Source of the DNA: Gammaproteobacteria bacterium
Lineage (GTDB): Bacteria; Pseudomonadota; Gammaproteobacteria; SZUA-152
Assembly: GCA_022627515.1 (NCBI GenBank)
Contig: JAKEGK010000053.1
Location: 1-59,941 of the forward strand
DNA length: 59,941 bases
Direction: 5' to 3'
A program made the translations under genes and the position numbers. The notes under the pieces are model-generated. The model worked only from the letters and a program-made list of their open reading frames with translations, made no database searches and was not told the DNA's origin. Of this stretch, positions 1 to 8,980 are shown in pieces. Positions within the stretch are counted from its first letter, which is position 1; each line of letters begins with the position of its first letter.

Positions 1-1204
1 AGACCCGCAAACCCCTGCGCTCCCGCCATGGATAGGGTAACTTGCTGGCTTTATCCTGCACCATTTCCACGGCTGCGATCATACCCCGTTGCCTGACATC
101 CCCCACGTGCGCCAGGTCTTTGAGGGGCTCAATAGCGGCCGCTAGTGTTTTAATTAATTGCCGGTTGTGGCAGAGAATATCGTCGGACTCGAAAATATCC
201 AGTGTTGCCAGCGCCGCGGCGCAACCCAGCGGATTACCGGTATAACTGTGCGAATGTAAAAACGCGGCGAGCCTGTCATAGTCAGCATAGAACGCTTTAT
301 ACACCTCATCGTGTGTTAACACGACTGACAATGGCAGGTAACCACCGGTCAATCCCTTCGCTAAACACATAAAGTCCGGCGTAATTCCCGCCTGCTCGCA
401 GGCAAACAGGGTGCCGGTGCGGCCAAAACCCACCGCAATTTCGTCGGCGATCAGATGCACACCATACTTGTCGCACGCCGCGCGCAGCAGTTTCAGATAG
501 ATGGGATCATACATGCGCATCGATCCGGCGCATTGCACCAGAGGCTCCACAATAATGGTGCAAATCTCCGGTGCTTGGCGCTGCAGTATTTTCTCCAGTT
601 CCTGAAATTGCCGCGCAGCGTGCTCAGCTGCTGATTCTCCCGGCTGACAGTAATACGCATCCGGCGACGGAGCGGTGATTGCCTGTAACAGTAATGGTTC
701 ATAGGTTTTTCTATAGAGTTCCACGTCACCGACTGACAACGCTCCCAGCGTCTCGCCATGGTAACTGTTTTGCAGGGTCACGAACTTCTGTTTGCGCGGT
801 TCACCCCGGTTACGCCAGTAGTGGAAACTCATCTTCAGCGCAATTTCCACCGCTGATGAGCCGTTGTCGGCGTAAAAGCAGCGCGACAACCCGGCAGGCG
901 CCAGAGCTATCAGACGCTCTGATAAACGGATCACCGGTTCATGAGTGAAGCCGGCGAGCAGCACATGCTCCAGCTGATCGAGTTGCTGTTTTACCGCCGC
1001 CGTTATCCGTGGATGGTTGTGGCCAAACAAATTCACCCACCAGGAACTGATAGCGTCGAGATAACGATTGCCATCGAAGTCTTCCAGGTATACACCTTCA
1101 CCGCGCCGGATAGGAATCAGAGGCAGATGCTCATGATCCTTCATTTGCGTACAGGGGTGCCATACCACGGACAGATCCCTTTGCATCATGGATTGATTAT
1201 TCAT
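1..1204 (-). CDS. bioA: Adenosylmethionine-8-amino-7-oxononanoate aminotransferase (BioA); 3' end cut by the window edge
   Basis: Absent from the ORF track because there is no stop inside the window. My translation of the minus strand from the ATG at 1204 reads MNNQSMMQRDLSVVWHPCTQMKDHEHLPLIPIRRGEGVYLEDFDGNRYLDAISSWW...IADEIAVGFGRTGTLFACE...SHSYTGNPLGCAAAL. This is a class-III PLP aminotransferase with a BioA-type N-terminus. The frame stays open to position 1. Confidence 0.88.
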   Translation of the reverse strand, partial: MNNQSMMQRDLSVVWHPCTQMKDHEHLPLIPIRRGEGVYLEDFDGNRYLDAISSWWVNLFGHNHPRITAAVKQQLDQLEHVLLAGFTHEPVIRLSERLIALAPAGLSRCFYADNGSSAVEIALKMSFHYWRNRGEPRKQKFVTLQNSYHGETLGALSVGDVELYRKTYEPLLLQAITAPSPDAYYCQPGESAAEHAARQFQELEKILQRQAPEICTIIVEPLVQCAGSMRMYDPIYLKLLRAACDKYGVHLIADEIAVGFGRTGTLFACEQAGITPDFMCLAKGLTGGYLPLSVVLTHDEVYKAFYADYDRLAAFLHSHSYTGNPLGCAAALATLDIFESDDILCHNRQLIKTLAAAIEPLKDLAHVGDVRQRGMIAAVEMVQDKASKLPYPWRERRGLRV

Positions 1205-1339
1205 CACTGTTGCTGTCCTAAGTAAAAATCAGATAAGTTTTTCTTAAATGAAACCGTATATAACTGACCATTGCTGTCCCACAAATATTGCTCATAAAAA
1301 GGCTAGACTTCGCGGTTTGCAGTTTTTAATGCGCGCTGA

Positions 1340-1600
1340 AGCTGGTGGAGACATGGATTTACAAAACACGCTGTGAATACTTCCTTTCTTGTTTCGAAAA
1401 GAATGCTCGACGACGGCGTCCGTCTGTAACTGCTCCCGCGTTACTCTCGATTTCTCGTTCCAGACGAAGTCTACCTCGCACATCCTTGTGCTCGTACCTC
1501 CTGCGTATATGCAATCGCGCCGCCGACGGTTTTATATATCCATGTCTCACCAGCTTTTCCATGCCAAAGGTGCGGTGGCATTAGAAAGTCTCTGGTCCCC
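1340..1600 (-). ncRNA. Candidate structured RNA: Csr/Rsm-type GGA-rich sponge sRNA, or a long CsrA-targeted 5' leader of bioA
   Basis: No credible ORF. There are 9 GGA triplets on the minus strand between 1600 and 1382, and 0 on the plus strand over the same interval. Four minus-strand hairpins present GGA in the loop: GCACA-AGGA-UGUGC (1491-1478), UUCGU-CUGGA-ACGAG (1468-1454), GUAAC-GCGGGAGCA-GUUAC (1444-1426) and CUUU-GGCAUGGA-AAAG (1569-1554). A long-range 15-bp helix pairs 1341-1356 with 1540-1554. The ends and the transcript itself are unverified. Confidence 0.4.
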
Positions 1601-1800
1601 AATATTTTTTATGTAACACCAGTGATAACTGACATTATTTCATGAAACCTAAAAGTGTATTCTTGAAATATTATATAAGAATAATTCGCTTGGAGTTTGC
1701 CGATTCATTGCCCTGTTCGTAATGTTTTTTCGTGAGCCAATTTTTCGGATGTTACCTGTTTCAGGCGCGGTATTTTAAGATAATACTTTTTCCAGGCAAT

Positions 1801-1828
1801 AAAAAAGCGGCCTTGGGGAAAGACCGCT
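1801..1828 (-). terminator. Probable rho-independent terminator downstream of recG
   Basis: The minus strand reads AGCGGUCUUUCCCCAAGGCCGCUUUUUUAUU: a 7-bp stem with one mismatch followed by a U6 run. It lies about 250 nt downstream of the recG stop. Confidence 0.45.
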
Positions 1829-2077
1829 AATAACCGCTTTTGTATGAGGGAGGAGTACAAAAGCAGTCCTAATACTAATGTTTAGACAGGGATTTGAACT
1901 TAGTCAAGTTTTGCGTCAAGACTTTGCGTTGAAATTAATTTATATTCCCGGAGCTACGTAAATCGTTTACTTACATTAAAAAGAGAATCTGTTACTCCCG
2001 CCCGTCAAAAAAGAATTTTATTGAATAGAGCTTCGCCCCTTTCGCCCGCTTTTGCGTAAAAACTTTACTGTTACAGC

Positions 2078-4177
2078 CTAAACGTTTCCGTATTCTTCAT
2101 TGCGCCCCAGCCAGCGCTGAATAATCGCATCAATATGTTCCGGATCCAGGTTCAATAATTCACTGGCGGTCTTAATTACATCGGGCAACATGACTTGATC
2201 CCGCTGCAAGTCAGCGATATGAAATTGTTCCATTCCGGTTTGACGGGTACCCAGCAGTTCACCTGGGCCGCGAATTTCCAGATCGCGCTGCGCAATAACA
2301 AAACCATCATTGGAATCATGCATTACCGCCAGTCGCTGTCTGGCCAGTTGCGACAGGGGCATACGGTAGAGCAGCACACAGTTGCTCTGCTGATCGCCGC
2401 GTCCCACGCGGCCGCGTAACTGATGCAGTTGCGAAAGCCCCAGGCGTTCGGCGTTTTCAATAATCATCAGAGTGGCATTGGGAACATCAACGCCCACTTC
2501 AATAACAGTGGTTGCAACCAACATATCCAACGAGCCGCATTTGAATTCTTGCATGACAGTGTCTTTGTCAACCGGCTTCATTCTTCCATGCACCAGGCCG
2601 ATTCGGATATCTGGCAATTCCTCCTGCAATTGGCGTGCGGTGTCTTCCGCGGCCTGGCACTGCAACACTTCCGATTCCTCGATCAATGTGCATACCCAAT
2701 AGGCCTGCTGGCCCGACTTGCAGGCGCCATGCACCCGTTCGATAACCTGCGGGCGCCGCTTGTCATCTATTACCACTGTTTGCACGGGCCTTCTTCCCGG
2801 CGGTAGTTCGTCGATAATGGAGCAATCGAGATCCGCGTACGTTGTCATGGCCAGTGTGCGTGGAATGGGGGTGGCTGTCATGATGAGTTGATGAGGATAC
2901 AGCTCGATGCTGGCCTGCGTTGATTTGCCTTTATTGCGCAACGCCAGCCGCTGATGCACACCGAAGCGGTGCTGTTCATCGACGACAATCAATCCCAACC
3001 GGGAAAACGACACATCATCCTGAAACAGGGCGTGAGTGCCGGCTACCACTTGCGCGCTGCCGCCGGCAATTTCAGTCAGCACGCTCTCCCGCGCCTTGCC
3101 TTTTAATTTGCCGGATAACCACTGCACTCGCACGCCGAGCGGTTCCAGCCACTGCCGGAAACTACGATAATGTTGATCGGCCAGTAATTCTGTGGGCGCC
3201 ATCACCGCCGCCTGACAACCGGACTCCACCGCGTGCAAGACGGACAACGCCGCGACGATGGTTTTGCCGCAACCCACATCACCCTGCACCAGGCGCAACA
3301 TGGGCAGACTGCGGCGCAGATCTTGTCTTATTTCTGCATACACGCGCTGCTGCGCGCCAGTCAGGGCAAACGGTAACCGGGTCTGCAACTGGTTTGCCAG
3401 CTGGCACTCTTGATTAAACACCGGCGCCTGATGCTGCTGGTAGCGCAAACGCCGCCGGCGCATGGAAAGATGATGGGCCAGCAGTTCTTCAAAGGCCAGC
3501 CGTTGCTGGCATCGATGCTGGCCACTGAGAAGTTCGTTGACCGGCGCATCGGGAGGCGGCTTGTGGACAAACGCAATCGCCTGCGCCAGCGGGGGAAATT
3601 TCAAATGTTGCAAACAGGAAGAGGGCAACCATTCCGGCACGTCCACCTGCAGGGTATTAGAGTCGAGCACTAGCTGATCTATCAATGCGCGCAAGGAAAA
3701 CTGCCGCAGACCTTCGGTTGCGGGATACACTGGCGTCAAGTGTGCTGGGCTGTGATTAACCACAGGTATAGCATCAGATTTTAACAACTCATATTCCGGA
3801 TGCACCATTTCCAGTCCCTGGCCGGAATAACGCACTTCGCCAAAACAGCGTATTTTTGCGCCTGGCGACAACGCTTGTTGTTGACTGGCGTTGAAATGAA
3901 AAAAGCGCAGCGTGATGAATCCGGTTCTATCGCCGATCCGGGACAACAACATGCGGCGGCGCCCGTATTTAATATCGGTCAGCAGCACTTCTGCTTCGAT
4001 AACGGCTTCAGCGCCGGAACGCAAACTGCCAATCGGCACGACGCGGGTGCGGTCCTGATACCGCAGCGGCAGGTGAAACAGTAAATCCTGGATGGTAAAG
4101 ATATTGAGCCGCGCCAGCTTTTCAGCAACGCTGGGGCCGACGCGCTTTAGTGAACGCACCGGAGCATCGATGCGCAA
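2078..4177 (-). CDS. recG: ATP-dependent DNA helicase RecG
   Basis: 699-aa ORF. It has a wedge-domain N-terminus (LLFHLPLRYQDRT), a Walker A motif (GDVGCGKT), a DEQH box (VVDEQHRFG) and a helicase C-terminal domain. Confidence 0.95.
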   Translation of the reverse strand: MRIDAPVRSLKRVGPSVAEKLARLNIFTIQDLLFHLPLRYQDRTRVVPIGSLRSGAEAVIEAEVLLTDIKYGRRRMLLSRIGDRTGFITLRFFHFNASQQQALSPGAKIRCFGEVRYSGQGLEMVHPEYELLKSDAIPVVNHSPAHLTPVYPATEGLRQFSLRALIDQLVLDSNTLQVDVPEWLPSSCLQHLKFPPLAQAIAFVHKPPPDAPVNELLSGQHRCQQRLAFEELLAHHLSMRRRRLRYQQHQAPVFNQECQLANQLQTRLPFALTGAQQRVYAEIRQDLRRSLPMLRLVQGDVGCGKTIVAALSVLHAVESGCQAAVMAPTELLADQHYRSFRQWLEPLGVRVQWLSGKLKGKARESVLTEIAGGSAQVVAGTHALFQDDVSFSRLGLIVVDEQHRFGVHQRLALRNKGKSTQASIELYPHQLIMTATPIPRTLAMTTYADLDCSIIDELPPGRRPVQTVVIDDKRRPQVIERVHGACKSGQQAYWVCTLIEESEVLQCQAAEDTARQLQEELPDIRIGLVHGRMKPVDKDTVMQEFKCGSLDMLVATTVIEVGVDVPNATLMIIENAERLGLSQLHQLRGRVGRGDQQSNCVLLYRMPLSQLARQRLAVMHDSNDGFVIAQRDLEIRGPGELLGTRQTGMEQFHIADLQRDQVMLPDVIKTASELLNLDPEHIDAIIQRWLGRNEEYGNV

Positions 4178-4237
4178 CCGTGGTTTCGATTTGTGAGGGG
4201 CCAGTGTTTCGATGATGCAACCAACCGCGGCGGGTGT

Positions 4238-4624
4238 TTAATCCTGAAGTTCCAGCACGGCGTCCATCTCGACCTGCGCGCCTTTAGGCAGGGAGGCGAC
4301 GCCAATGGCGGCACGCGCCGGATAGGGAGCCCTGAAATACTCCGCCATGATTTCATTGACCAGGGCGAAATGTTTGAGATCCGTAAGGAACACATTAAGC
4401 TTTGCCACGTCCGCCAGGCTGCCGCCCGCGGCTTCGGCGACGGCCATTAGATTATCAAATACTCTTTTGATTTGCGCGCGCATATCACCCTGCACCAGAC
4501 TCATGGTGACGGGATCTAGCGGTATTTGTCCGGAGCAGTAAACTGTGTTGCCGGTTTTCACCGCTTGTGAATAGGTGCCAATTGCCTTGGGCGCCTTGTC
4601 GGTATGAATGATTTGTCTTGCCAT
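4238..4624 (-). CDS. ridA: RidA/YjgF family reactive-intermediate (enamine/imine) deaminase
   Basis: 128 aa, typical YjgF/RidA sequence ([12 protein letters not shown]...GQIPLDP...[20 protein letters not shown]). Confidence 0.88.
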   Translation of the reverse strand: MARQIIHTDKAPKAIGTYSQAVKTGNTVYCSGQIPLDPVTMSLVQGDMRAQIKRVFDNLMAVAEAAGGSLADVAKLNVFLTDLKHFALVNEIMAEYFRAPYPARAAIGVASLPKGAQVEMDAVLELQD

Positions 4625-4659
4625 AATCCTCCCCTCGCTGACTTCTTCCGGTTATTGGT

Positions 4660-6837
4660 TTATTTTGCCCTGACCATGCGCACAACACTGTCGATCCTCC
4701 GCACTCTGCGGATGATGTTTGCCAGATGTTTGCGGTCCTTCACGCTCAATGTGAATTTCATGGAAGAATAGGAGCCGTCCCGTTCTTCCATGGACACATT
4801 TTCAATATTCACGGACATTTCCGCAATCGCCGCAGCTACGGTGGCCAATACACCGCGGCGGTTTTCCGTGTCGACACGCACATCCACCGGAAAGGTCGAC
4901 TGCACATTATTGTCCCACTGCACATCAACCCACTTGTCCGGGCGGGAGCGGTAATCCTTGGTATTTTTACAACTGTCGCGGTGAATCACAATACCGCGTC
5001 CAACGCTGATGAAACCCAGAATGGAATCACCGGGGATAGGCCGGCAGCATTTCGCATAGGAGACGACGGTGCCTTCCGTGCCCTTGATAGCCAGCGGGTG
5101 GTTATCTTTGCCGCTGCTTTTCATCCAGTCCGGCGCATAGCGGTTAAAAACGTTTTTAATACCCAAAGGGCGCAGCGTTGCGCGTGAACTTTTCTCTTTG
5201 ACTTGTTTCGATTCCGTCAATTGGCGGGCCACTAATAATGACACCCGATTACCCAGGCTGATTTGTTCCAGCAAGTCATCCAGACTTGCGAGTTTGAATT
5301 CTTCCAGTAATTTGGTAATGCGCGATTGAGGAATATTATCCAGGCTGGTTGAAAACGTAGCCAGTGATTTTTCCAACAAGCGGCGGCCCAATTGCACCGC
5401 TTCGTCCCGTTTGAGGCGTTTGAGAAAACTGCGGATATTGGAACGCGCCTTGGCGGACACCACAAAGTCAAGCCACACCGGATTGGGTTTGGCGCCCGGC
5501 GCCGAAATAATTTCCACGGTCTGGCCATTGTGCAGTTGCGTGCGCAGCGGCGCCAGCCGCCGGTCGATTTTGCCGGCCACGCAGGAATTACCCAGGTCGC
5601 TATGCACGGCATAGGCGAAATCCACAATAGTTGATCCGCGCGGCAAGGTCATGATGTCGCCCTTCGGCGTGAAGACGTAAACTTCGTCAGGAAACAGATC
5701 AATCTTGACGTTTTCCAGGAATTCCTGTGAATTACCGGCGTTTTGCTGCATTTCCAGCAAACCGCGCAGCCACTCCTGCGCCAGGTCCTGCCGCTTCGCT
5801 TCACCACCGGATTTATACAACCAGTGCGCCGCAATCCCCATGTTAGCCACTTTATCCATATCTTCCGTGCGAATCTGCACTTCGATGGGAATGCCATAGG
5901 GTCCGAACAACACGGTATGCAGGGATTGATATCCATTGGTTTTGGGAATGGCAATATAGTCCTTGAACTTGCCGGGCACCGGTTTATAAATGTTATGCAC
6001 TATACCGAGTACGCGGTAGCAGGTATCCGGTTTGTCCACCACAATACGAAACGCATACACATCGAATACTTCCGCAAACGACAGGTGCTTGCTGCGCATT
6101 TTTTCGTAAATACTATAGAGGTGTTTTTCCCGCCCATGAACCGGGTAGTTGATGCCCTCCTGCCGGAGACGGTCTTCGATATTCCTGCGGATTTTTTCCA
6201 CCACTTCGCTGCGGTTGCCACGGGCTTTTTTGACAGCTTCCTCAAGAATACGGTAACGCATCGGGTAAACGGCCTTGAAACCCAGTTCTTCCAGCTCCAG
6301 CCTGAGACTGTGCATGCCCAAACGGTTGGCGATGGGCACGTAAATTTCCAGTGTTTCCTTGGAAATGCGGCGGCGTTTGGCGGGTTTCATGACGCCGAGG
6401 GTGCGCATGTTATGCAGCCGGTCAGCAAGTTTGATGAGTATGACGCGGATATCTCGCACCATGGCAAGCACCATCTTACGGAAGTTTTCGGCTTGTGCTT
6501 CCGCCTTGCTTTCGAATTTGACCTGGGTAAGTTTGCTGACGCCATCGACGAGTTCGGCGACTTCATCACCGAACTCTTTGGCCAGCTGGTCTTTCGCGGT
6601 GGGAGTATCCTCGATGACATCATGCAGTAAGGCCGCAATGATGCTTTTTACATCCATGCGCATTTCCGCGAGGATGCGGGCAACCGCTAGGGGATGGTAA
6701 ATGTAAGGTTCGCCGGTAAGGCGTTGTTGTCCCTGGTGGGCTTCCGCCCCAAAAACATAAGCCCGATAAACGTCTTTAACCTGGTCAGGTTCAAGGTAGG
6801 TTTCAAGTAATGCGCATAGATCACTAATGAGAAACAC
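4660..6837 (-). CDS. spoT: Bifunctional (p)ppGpp synthetase/hydrolase SpoT/RelA family
   Basis: HD hydrolase domain (HPLAVA...HDVIEDT), RelA/SpoT synthetase domain, and TGS and ACT domains. I placed the start at the GTG at 6837 (VFLISDL..., aligning with the E. coli SpoT N-terminus). The longer ORF reaching 6918 would overlap the end of rpoZ. Confidence 0.9.
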   Translation of the reverse strand: MFLISDLCALLETYLEPDQVKDVYRAYVFGAEAHQGQQRLTGEPYIYHPLAVARILAEMRMDVKSIIAALLHDVIEDTPTAKDQLAKEFGDEVAELVDGVSKLTQVKFESKAEAQAENFRKMVLAMVRDIRVILIKLADRLHNMRTLGVMKPAKRRRISKETLEIYVPIANRLGMHSLRLELEELGFKAVYPMRYRILEEAVKKARGNRSEVVEKIRRNIEDRLRQEGINYPVHGREKHLYSIYEKMRSKHLSFAEVFDVYAFRIVVDKPDTCYRVLGIVHNIYKPVPGKFKDYIAIPKTNGYQSLHTVLFGPYGIPIEVQIRTEDMDKVANMGIAAHWLYKSGGEAKRQDLAQEWLRGLLEMQQNAGNSQEFLENVKIDLFPDEVYVFTPKGDIMTLPRGSTIVDFAYAVHSDLGNSCVAGKIDRRLAPLRTQLHNGQTVEIISAPGAKPNPVWLDFVVSAKARSNIRSFLKRLKRDEAVQLGRRLLEKSLATFSTSLDNIPQSRITKLLEEFKLASLDDLLEQISLGNRVSLLVARQLTESKQVKEKSSRATLRPLGIKNVFNRYAPDWMKSSGKDNHPLAIKGTEGTVVSYAKCCRPIPGDSILGFISVGRGIVIHRDSCKNTKDYRSRPDKWVDVQWDNNVQSTFPVDVRVDTENRRGVLATVAAAIAEMSVNIENVSMEERDGSYSSMKFTLSVKDRKHLANIIRRVRRIDSVVRMVRAK

Positions 6838-6862
6838 CGGGCCCTCTTGTACATGATATGGC

Positions 6863-7108
6863 TTAGATGGACTCCTCTGGCTCTTCAGGTGTAAATTCAA
6901 CTTCTTTTTCCGCAGCATCCATCACGGCTTTGTTAATTTTGCCTTCCGCGATTTCACGCAGGGCAACCACGGTGGGTTTGTCGTTTTCGATATCAACAAA
7001 AGCGTCTTTGCCTTGCGCGATTTGCCGCGCACGCCGGCTGGCTATCAGTACCAGCTCAAAACGATTATCGACATGTTCCAAACAGTCTTCCACTGTCACT
7101 CTTGCCAT
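6863..7108 (-). CDS. rpoZ: DNA-directed RNA polymerase subunit omega
   Basis: 81 aa beginning [30 protein letters not shown], the canonical RpoZ N-terminus. The start is an internal ATG of the 127-aa ORF. Confidence 0.95.
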   Translation of the reverse strand: MARVTVEDCLEHVDNRFELVLIASRRARQIAQGKDAFVDIENDKPTVVALREIAEGKINKAVMDAAEKEVEFTPEEPEESI

Positions 7109-7327
7109 GTTTACACCTCTATTTTCATTGATGGTATTTATATAAATAAAAAGTTCTTCGCCTGGAATATTCAGTTGATCTGAATATCGGTAATCCACTA
7201 TTTGTGACGCTAAGTTGCCGGATGGTTCCTTGTATTGTTTTTCCACCTAAAATGCGGCGTTACCGGAGCCGGGCAATTGTACAAAATCGCTACTTGCAGT
7301 GCCAGCCAATACCCGGGAAATTAGTAA

Positions 7328-7966
7328 TTAAGCCAGCAGTTGCTGCAACAATTGTTCCCGGAGCTGACATTGCACACTCGTGCGCTGCCGGCGCGCGAGC
7401 ACGATAGCCCGCAGTAACTCCAAGGTGTCGTCGAACACATCATTAACCAGTAAATAATCGAATTCCTGGTAATGGGACATTTCCGCAACCGCTTCCCGTA
7501 ACCGTCTGGCTACCGTGGCTTCATCGTCCTGGGCGCGGGCTCGCAACCGTTCCTCGAGGGCATTACGCGAAGGCGGTAGAATAAAAATACCGCAAGACTC
7601 CGGATAGAGTTTGCGCACCTGCCGGGCGCCCTGCCAGTCAATTTCCAGGATGATGTCCGTTCCTTGCGCCAGCGTAGCTTCCACCACCTGGCGCGACGTA
7701 CCGTAATAGTTATCAAACACTTTGGCGTATTCCAGAAATTCGCCCCTGTCACGCATGCTTTCAAACGCCGGCATATCCACAAAATAATAGTGCACGCCAT
7801 GCGCCTCGCCCGGCCGCGGCCGGCGGGTAGTGTGGGATACTGATACGGTTATACCGGATGATGATTCCAGCAGCGCCTTGACCAGGCTGGTTTTACCGGC
7901 TCCCGAAGGAGCGGCGACTATATAAAGGGATCCGGTAAGGGAAGGTACGTGTGAATCAGTTTTCAT
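7328..7966 (-). CDS. gmk: Guanylate kinase
   Basis: P-loop APSGAGKTSL and guanylate kinase body (TTRRPRPGE..GVHYYFV). The start is taken at MKTDSH (ATG 7966). Confidence 0.92.
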   Translation of the reverse strand: MKTDSHVPSLTGSLYIVAAPSGAGKTSLVKALLESSSGITVSVSHTTRRPRPGEAHGVHYYFVDMPAFESMRDRGEFLEYAKVFDNYYGTSRQVVEATLAQGTDIILEIDWQGARQVRKLYPESCGIFILPPSRNALEERLRARAQDDEATVARRLREAVAEMSHYQEFDYLLVNDVFDDTLELLRAIVLARRQRTSVQCQLREQLLQQLLA

Positions 7967-7991
7967 GATTATTAACCGCTGATGTCCAAGG

Positions 7992-8855
7992 CTATTCAAT
8001 ATTCTGTACTTGCTCGCGCATTTGCTCAATGAGCACTTTCAATTCCACTGATGCACGGGTCATTTCCGTGTCCGGTGATTTGGAGCCCAGCGTATTGGCC
8101 TCCCGGTTGAGTTCCTGCATTAAAAAATCCAGGCGCCGCCCCATGGGCTTTTTCTCGCTCAATACGCGCTTGACCTCTTCTATATGCGCCTGCAAGCGAT
8201 CCATTTCTTCGGCAACATCCGATTTGTTGCACAGGAAAACCACTTCCTGCTCCAGGCGGATTTCGTCCAGTTCCGCCTTCCATTCCGCCAGCTTTTCCTT
8301 AAGCCGCTGACGCATGGCTTCGATAGCGGCCGGTATGCGCTGTTGAACTTTGGCCACTTCCGTCGACATCGCCGCGCAGCGCTCCAGCAATAATTGCTTG
8401 AGTTTTTCGCCCTCGCGCTCGCGGGTTTCCATTAATTCTGTCAGCGCTTTATCCAGGAGCGCCATAGCCATATTGCTTAATTGTTCCGCATCGATTTCCG
8501 GAAATTTGAGCACGCCAGGCCACTTCAGGACATCGATCATGCGTATGGGAGCGACACCGGGCAGGTGGGTTTCCACGTCTTTACTGGTAGCCGCCAGGGT
8601 TGCGAGCAAATTACGGTCGATATCAAATCCGGCCGCCACTATAGGCGGTTGATAACGAAAATTAGCATCTATTTTCCCACGGCTTACCACCTGACCCATG
8701 CGATCCCTGATCTTGGACTCCACCGCCCGCAATTCTTCGGGTAAGCGCAAACTCACTTCAGAAAACCGGTGATTGACCGATTTTAATTCCAGGGTGAGTG
8801 CGCCCAGATCACTCTCCATTGTTTGGCGTGCAAACGCCGTCATGCTACGCACCAT
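7992..8855 (-). CDS. yicC: YicC family stress-induced protein
   Basis: MVRSMTAFARQ...LKSVNHRF... N-terminus and DVAEEMDRLQAHI C-terminal motif, both typical of YicC. The start is taken at ATG 8855. Confidence 0.88.
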   Translation of the reverse strand: MVRSMTAFARQTMESDLGALTLELKSVNHRFSEVSLRLPEELRAVESKIRDRMGQVVSRGKIDANFRYQPPIVAAGFDIDRNLLATLAATSKDVETHLPGVAPIRMIDVLKWPGVLKFPEIDAEQLSNMAMALLDKALTELMETREREGEKLKQLLLERCAAMSTEVAKVQQRIPAAIEAMRQRLKEKLAEWKAELDEIRLEQEVVFLCNKSDVAEEMDRLQAHIEEVKRVLSEKKPMGRRLDFLMQELNREANTLGSKSPDTEMTRASVELKVLIEQMREQVQNIE

Positions 8856-8980
8856 GGTAAATACCTCTTCGTGATTATTTATTAGACCGCAATGGGACAA
8901 TGATGGCTAACTGACTGATGTATATATATTTCTTACTGTAGCATATTCATCGATGCCTGTACAAACATGACGACACTAAC

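Noticed and set aside
1328-1560. The structured region considered as 6S RNA, tmRNA, RNase P RNA or a retron msr/msd.
   Set aside because: For tmRNA there is no tRNA-like acceptor/T-arm and no tag ORF. For RNase P there is no GGAAAGUCCGG-type motif. For a retron there is no adjacent reverse transcriptase. 6S remains formally possible because of the long closing helix. However, the strong strand-specific GGA enrichment in hairpin loops fits a Csr/Rsm-type RNA better. A covariance-model search is needed to decide.
1292-1616. Five overlapping 60-80-aa ORFs in the recG-bioA gap.
   Set aside because: They overlap one another on both strands. They are Arg/Ser-rich, lack ribosome-binding sites, and coincide with the RNA-structure region.
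6838-6918. The longer SpoT start (MLRKKKLNL...) given by the ORF track.
   Set aside because: It would overlap the last 56 nt of rpoZ. It would also add 27 residues with no counterpart in SpoT/RelA N-termini. The GTG at 6837 aligns with the family N-terminus.
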